Assembly (NCBI GenBank): GCA_050506795.1
Contig: JBJHCF010000020.1
Coordinates: 23,763 to 87,762 of the forward strand
Length of the DNA: 64,000 nt
Direction of reading: 5' to 3'
Source: Opitutia bacterium
Lineage (GTDB): Bacteria > Verrucomicrobiota > Verrucomicrobiia > Opitutales > T3Sed10-336
Part shown: one piece after another, positions 59,281 through 64,000 of the stretch
Layout of the letters: every line of letters starts with the position of its first letter
How positions within the stretch are numbered: the stretch's first letter is position 1
The notes under the pieces: generated by a model
Databases searched by the model: none
Seen by the model: only the letters and a program-made list of their open reading frames with translations
What the model was told of the DNA's origin: nothing
Translations under genes and position numbers: made by a program

Positions 59281-62200
59281 ATGAATAAAACAGCAAAGAT
59301 AACAAAATCGCTCCTCACCGGGATTGCCGGGGTGGTTGCCCTTACCGCCCTGAGCGTTTCGGCGAATACGGTTGCCCATTATCGATTTGAAGACGGATCC
59401 GCAGGGGCTGCCGCATCGACCGCGGTGGACTCGTCCGGAAACGGATACAATCTCAATGCCATCGGCGAACCCGCTTACAGCGATGACATCCCAACGTCGT
59501 TTATGTTTGTCACGGGCCAGGACAACAGCCTTTCGGTCGATTTCACCAGTGGCAACGTGGCTTTTGCCAGCATCGATGATGAGGGCCTGAGCAACGTGCA
59601 ACTCGATGATTTCACCATCGAGGCGTGGGTGAAGCGCGCAGGCGGGGTTTGGCAAACGATTGTCGGACGGGATGACCGGAACAACCAGAACAATGACCCC
59701 CATCCTTTGCTTCGCTTCCAGATCAATGGCGGCGGCAACTTCAGTTTCCGGGCGACCACGAGGGGAGCGGAAGGCGCGACGGTGGAACGCGAACTGAACA
59801 CCTCCTTTCAGGTCCCGATAGACGAGTGGGCTCACCTGGCGGTGGTTGCCGACCTGCAAGCGCAAACGCTCACGGCTTACGCGGATGGCCAGGAGGTAGG
59901 TCAATTGAGCGATTTTACCGGTTTATGGGTTCCTGCGGGGATCCAGCCTCGATGGACGATCGGCCTCGGCCAGTGGCAGGCGAATCAAAATGACTGGGTA
60001 AACGGACTGGTCGACGAGGTTCGCATCAGCTCGGTCGCCCTGGAGCCAATTGAGTTCCTGAACTTCGATCCGGGTCTGTTTGAGATCGCGGTGCAGCCTG
60101 CCAGCCGGATTCTCTGGGTGGGAGAAGATGTCACGTTTGCCACGGTAGTGGATTCGGGCGGCCCTTATTCGACTCAATGGGAAATCTCGGTCGATCAGGG
60201 CGTCACCTGGACCGAAATCGATGGAGCGACCTCGGATTCGTACAGCATCGAATCCGTGGACCTTTCCCTGGACCGGAATCAGTATCGGGCGGTGGTCACG
60301 CGCGACGATGATCCCAGCATGACATTGACCACCGATGCCGCCGTTCTGCGGGTGGGTGACGGAGAAGTTCCCGAACCGCAAAACGTGGTGGCTCACTACC
60401 GTTTTGAGGATGGGGCCGCCGGCGGGACGGTGACTCGTGGAACCGATTCCTCGGGGAACGGGCACCATTTGGAGGGCCCGGTCGCGGGTGAGCCGGTGTT
60501 TTCCACCTCGGTTCCGTCCTCGCGCCTGAGTCAGACGGGGGAGGACAATAACCTGTCCATGGATGTTCGGGGCGGCAATTTCGCCGTTCAGGGTGAGGAT
60601 GGCGATTCCCTCAGCCAGATCGTGTGGGATGATTTCACCATCGAAGCCTGGGTGAATTTCACAAATGTCGCCGGATGGCAGACGATAGTCGGGCGTGACG
60701 ACCGCGACAATCAGAACAATGATCCGCACGCCATGTTCTATTTCCAAAAGGCCGATGCCAATTTCCTTCGTTTTACGGGATTCAACGCCAGTGGAAATCT
60801 ACTGACGATTGACAGCGGATTCTCTTTTACCGCCAATACGTGGACACACGTTGCCGTGGTTGGCGACACCGCGGCCGGCACGGTCACCCTGTACGCAAAC
60901 GGGGCGCCGGTCGGATCGACCGGTAACTTTGATGGGCTGATGAGGCCTGCCGCCCCGACACATTGGAATATTGGGCGGGGCCAGTGGGACGGCAACGCCG
61001 GTGATTGGGTGAACGGGATGATCGACGAGGTTCGATTCAGCTCGGTGGCGCTCTCGCCGACAGAGTTTCTGAGTGCCGCGAATGCGGTACTCAACTTCCT
61101 CATCAATCCCGCGGATGTGACCGCAATGGCGGGCTCGGAGGTTCAGTTCAGCGCGATCGCCGGCGGCGGCGGAATTGGCGAACCGGATTACCAATGGCAG
61201 GTTTCCGAAGACGGCGGCGAGACATGGGAGGACATTCCCGGCGGTACCGGTCCCACCTATACCATAGGTTTCGTGACGGTTTCTCTGGATGGCAACCAAT
61301 ACCGTGTGGTCGCAAGCCGGCCGGATCAGGAAGAGATCAGTGAAGTTGCGACCCTGACCGTGCCGGGTTACCCGGAACCGGCGAGTCCGGACGGACTGGG
61401 CGCCGGACAGCTGGCGTTTGCCGGAGAACGGTACGTCTTAACCGTGGAAGCCACCGGTGTCGGTAACCTCAGTTACGAGTGGGCCCGTGATGGCGAGTCC
61501 CTGGATGAAACGTCCAACTCACTGGTGCTCGAAGTGGTGGAAATGGGTGACGCGGGTGTCTATTCCGTGACCGTCACCGACGATGCGGCGGCTGACGAAG
61601 GTTTTGACCCGGTTTCCGCTACGTTTTCCACGAACCTGGTTGTCGTCAGGCGGCCTGCGGCAGCGATCAGCCTCAATTTTGTTGGGGCTTCCGACGCGGG
61701 CGGCGCCAACCCCGCATGGGTGAGCGAGCCGGGAGTCATCGATCCGAATGAGACGGCGGGCGTGGTGCCGGTGGCGAATTGGAACAATTCGCCCGGCGGA
61801 CGGCTGGCTACCCAGACGACGCCGATGGCATTGGTGGATGACTTGGGTGAGTCGACGTCGGCGACCGCGACCTGGGCATCCGCCAACACTTGGGGAATTC
61901 GTTACGGATTCGGTGCGCTTGCCGATAAGGATGGCGACCAAAGGTTGTTCCACGGTTACATCGAAAGCCGCGACAACTCAACTGCGACGATTACGGGAAT
62001 TCCGTATGCATCCTACGATGTCTATGTGTATCCGACCGGTGTGGAAGACCCGCACGCAGCTGCGATCAGAAGTATCACACTCGAGGATGCAGGTGGGTCG
62101 GAGACAACCCTCTACGGGAGAAACTACGGGGGCACGACGTTCCTGCCGCCGATTCCGTTCTTCCTGGCCACGGCGACAAGCCTGGAGGAAGCGGAAGCGT

Positions 62201-63744
62201 CAACCGGAACCGCCACGGTTTACCGTTTCGCCAACGTGAGTGGGCAGAGCTTCACGATCACGCACTCTGACGAGATCGGTTGGAATCTGGGCGGCATCGC
62301 GGCGATCTCCATCGTCAATACGACCGCCTCGGCGCCGTCCCGTCCGGTGTTGACCTCGCGCCCGAGCGACGCGTTTGTTCCGGCGGGGAACACGGTAACT
62401 CTGTCCGTGTCGGCCGAATCGGTAAACGCGGGTGGAAGTCTGTCCTACCAGTGGCAAAAAGACGGAGTCGACATTTCCGGCGCAACCGGAGCCACGTTGA
62501 CTCTCAATGACACCTCGTCCGGCGATACCGGACACTACACCGTAGTGGTTAGCGAGACCTCCAACCTCGGCTCTTCAACGAATAAGGCCACGGCGTCGGT
62601 TGTGGTTGTTGACAGTCAGCGTCCCGCACTGATCAGCGCCGATATGAACTGGGGACTCCATGACCATATGTCGGGACACGCGAGTCTGCGGACAGACGGA
62701 TTGATCACGGTCGATCCGAGCCAAGGTGCACAGAATCCCTTCGAAATCGGGGAAGGCGATACGCAGTGGAAGCGAATGGGCGAAGGACTTCCGGTGAATA
62801 CCTACAATCGATTCATCGACTCTGAAGGCATGAACCTTGCCGGGCTCACTTTCAGCCTGAGCGGAGCAACCGGAATCGCCAATGTCGGTGCCCCCGCCGG
62901 AGGGCTGGACGTTCCCACCGAGGACTATTCCGGTCCTCTGCTTCGGGATTACGTCTTCACCCAGGATGATGATGTTATGACCATGACGTTGAGCGGTCTT
63001 AACGCTTTCGCAGGTCGCGAAGTGACCCTGGTGGTTTATGCGGTTGGTCAGGATGCCGGCATGGGTAATTGGTTCGACGTGAATAATAATCCTGTTCCTG
63101 AGGATCAGAACGATGTCGCGACCGTTACACTGGCCGCGGTGAACAGTCCAACCGGAGAGGCGCAGTCTGGCGCCACCGATCAGGTGGAGGGCCGTGACCT
63201 TCGGTTCAACAACCAGGCATATGTCGCCTTTGACGCGGTAGTGGCTGCCAACGGAACGCTGACCTGGACGGTCGGTTCGGTTCCCGAGCATCCGGGCCGG
63301 AACGCGTTCGCCGGCTTCCAGTTGCTTGTGACCGACGAGGGTGAGGCGCCGCCGCCGCCGGAAGGACTGGCTGACTGGCGGGAACAGTTCTTCGGGTCTC
63401 CGGAGAACGCGGGTGACGGCGCCAACGATGCTGATCCGGACGGTGATGGCTTCAAGAACCTGGTGGAGTATGCGCTGGGAACGGACCCGACTGTGGCGGG
63501 AGCGGCTCACGGAGCCTTGAGCCTGGGTCGCGACGGGGACTTCCTGACGTTGACCTTTAACCACATCGACGATCCGAACCTGGTCTATGTCATCGAAGCG
63601 ACCAACGACCTGAACGGTGGATGGAGCGAGGTTTTCGCCTTCCCGACCTTCACCAGTTCGGGGACGGAGACCTACACGGACAACGTTGCCGTGGGCTCCG
63701 GTGACAGCCGGTTTATCCGGCTTACTATTCGTCTGATCGAGTAA
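59281..63744 (+). CDS. large secreted LamG/immunoglobulin-domain surface protein with C-terminal DPDGDG..EYALG..RFIRL domain
   Basis: Signal peptide; two LamG-Ig modules (VAHYRFEDG..FTIEAWV..W-H-AVV..DEVR-S); further Ig domains (LSYQWQKDG..DTGHYTVVV). Confidence 0.88.
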   Translation: MNKTAKITKSLLTGIAGVVALTALSVSANTVAHYRFEDGSAGAAASTAVDSSGNGYNLNAIGEPAYSDDIPTSFMFVTGQDNSLSVDFTSGNVAFASIDDEGLSNVQLDDFTIEAWVKRAGGVWQTIVGRDDRNNQNNDPHPLLRFQINGGGNFSFRATTRGAEGATVERELNTSFQVPIDEWAHLAVVADLQAQTLTAYADGQEVGQLSDFTGLWVPAGIQPRWTIGLGQWQANQNDWVNGLVDEVRISSVALEPIEFLNFDPGLFEIAVQPASRILWVGEDVTFATVVDSGGPYSTQWEISVDQGVTWTEIDGATSDSYSIESVDLSLDRNQYRAVVTRDDDPSMTLTTDAAVLRVGDGEVPEPQNVVAHYRFEDGAAGGTVTRGTDSSGNGHHLEGPVAGEPVFSTSVPSSRLSQTGEDNNLSMDVRGGNFAVQGEDGDSLSQIVWDDFTIEAWVNFTNVAGWQTIVGRDDRDNQNNDPHAMFYFQKADANFLRFTGFNASGNLLTIDSGFSFTANTWTHVAVVGDTAAGTVTLYANGAPVGSTGNFDGLMRPAAPTHWNIGRGQWDGNAGDWVNGMIDEVRFSSVALSPTEFLSAANAVLNFLINPADVTAMAGSEVQFSAIAGGGGIGEPDYQWQVSEDGGETWEDIPGGTGPTYTIGFVTVSLDGNQYRVVASRPDQEEISEVATLTVPGYPEPASPDGLGAGQLAFAGERYVLTVEATGVGNLSYEWARDGESLDETSNSLVLEVVEMGDAGVYSVTVTDDAAADEGFDPVSATFSTNLVVVRRPAAAISLNFVGASDAGGANPAWVSEPGVIDPNETAGVVPVANWNNSPGGRLATQTTPMALVDDLGESTSATATWASANTWGIRYGFGALADKDGDQRLFHGYIESRDNSTATITGIPYASYDVYVYPTGVEDPHAAAIRSITLEDAGGSETTLYGRNYGGTTFLPPIPFFLATATSLEEAEASTGTATVYRFANVSGQSFTITHSDEIGWNLGGIAAISIVNTTASAPSRPVLTSRPSDAFVPAGNTVTLSVSAESVNAGGSLSYQWQKDGVDISGATGATLTLNDTSSGDTGHYTVVVSETSNLGSSTNKATASVVVVDSQRPALISADMNWGLHDHMSGHASLRTDGLITVDPSQGAQNPFEIGEGDTQWKRMGEGLPVNTYNRFIDSEGMNLAGLTFSLSGATGIANVGAPAGGLDVPTEDYSGPLLRDYVFTQDDDVMTMTLSGLNAFAGREVTLVVYAVGQDAGMGNWFDVNNNPVPEDQNDVATVTLAAVNSPTGEAQSGATDQVEGRDLRFNNQAYVAFDAVVAANGTLTWTVGSVPEHPGRNAFAGFQLLVTDEGEAPPPPEGLADWREQFFGSPENAGDGANDADPDGDGFKNLVEYALGTDPTVAGAAHGALSLGRDGDFLTLTFNHIDDPNLVYVIEATNDLNGGWSEVFAFPTFTSSGTETYTDNVAVGSGDSRFIRLTIRLIE

Positions 63745-63781
63745 CCGGGTTCGAACTCCTTAGGGGGGCGAATCCACAAGG

Positions 63782-63821
63782 AGCCGCCAATCCGCAATTC
63801 GCGGGTTGGCGGCTTTTTTTT
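63782..63821 (+). terminator. rho-independent terminator
   Basis: AGCCGCCAATCCGC-AATTC-GCGGGTTGGCGGCT followed by a T run. Confidence 0.9.
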
Positions 63822-64000
63822 GGTCTTTTCAACGGTTATTAGGACGGTTTCTTGACTTCGCGGGTGGTCCTAATGTAGCCCGTCAAGCAGTCTGTAACTT
63901 ATTCAGTTTTGCGCGACCACGCTTTACTTTCTCCAGAATATCCTTGGCGGTTGCTGTCCAGATGAAAGGTTTCGGCGTCTTATTATGTTGGGCGATGTAC

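Noticed and set aside
59368..61365. Diversity-generating retroelement TR/VR pair
   Set aside because: Differences between the repeats are not confined to adenines and no reverse transcriptase is in the window.

Overview
GC-rich bacterial chromosome segment, most likely Verrucomicrobiota (Opitutales/Puniceicoccaceae-like). This is inferred from a PEP-CTERM protein plus exosortase, a PVC-type propeller/cytochrome c protein, LacI and PAS-AraC regulators and large acidic secreted proteins. It carries housekeeping genes (partial ppc, rlmD-like, purA, purN, ruvC, adenylate kinase family), scattered carbohydrate genes (GH50-like, GH5, uxaE, Gfo/Idh/MocA), a heterodimeric ABC exporter, a P1B-4 ATPase, a RAYT-like HUH transposase with REP/REPIN-like elements, a nucleotidyltransferase/small-ORF pair and two pseudogene remnants. 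The most striking observation is in a three-gene operon of large secreted proteins (16281-27603). Its third product (24202-27603) is an FG-GAP/DxDxDG surface protein carrying at least eight short (7-17 aa) segments. Seven resemble signature motifs of contractile injection system or phage-tail proteins (VgrG/GPD, gpV OB-fold, sheath, tube, DUF4157) and one resembles the RNP2 motif of RRM proteins, all without the parent folds. Motif recognition is from recalled family consensus, not a database search. No rRNA, tRNA or CRISPR array was seen.
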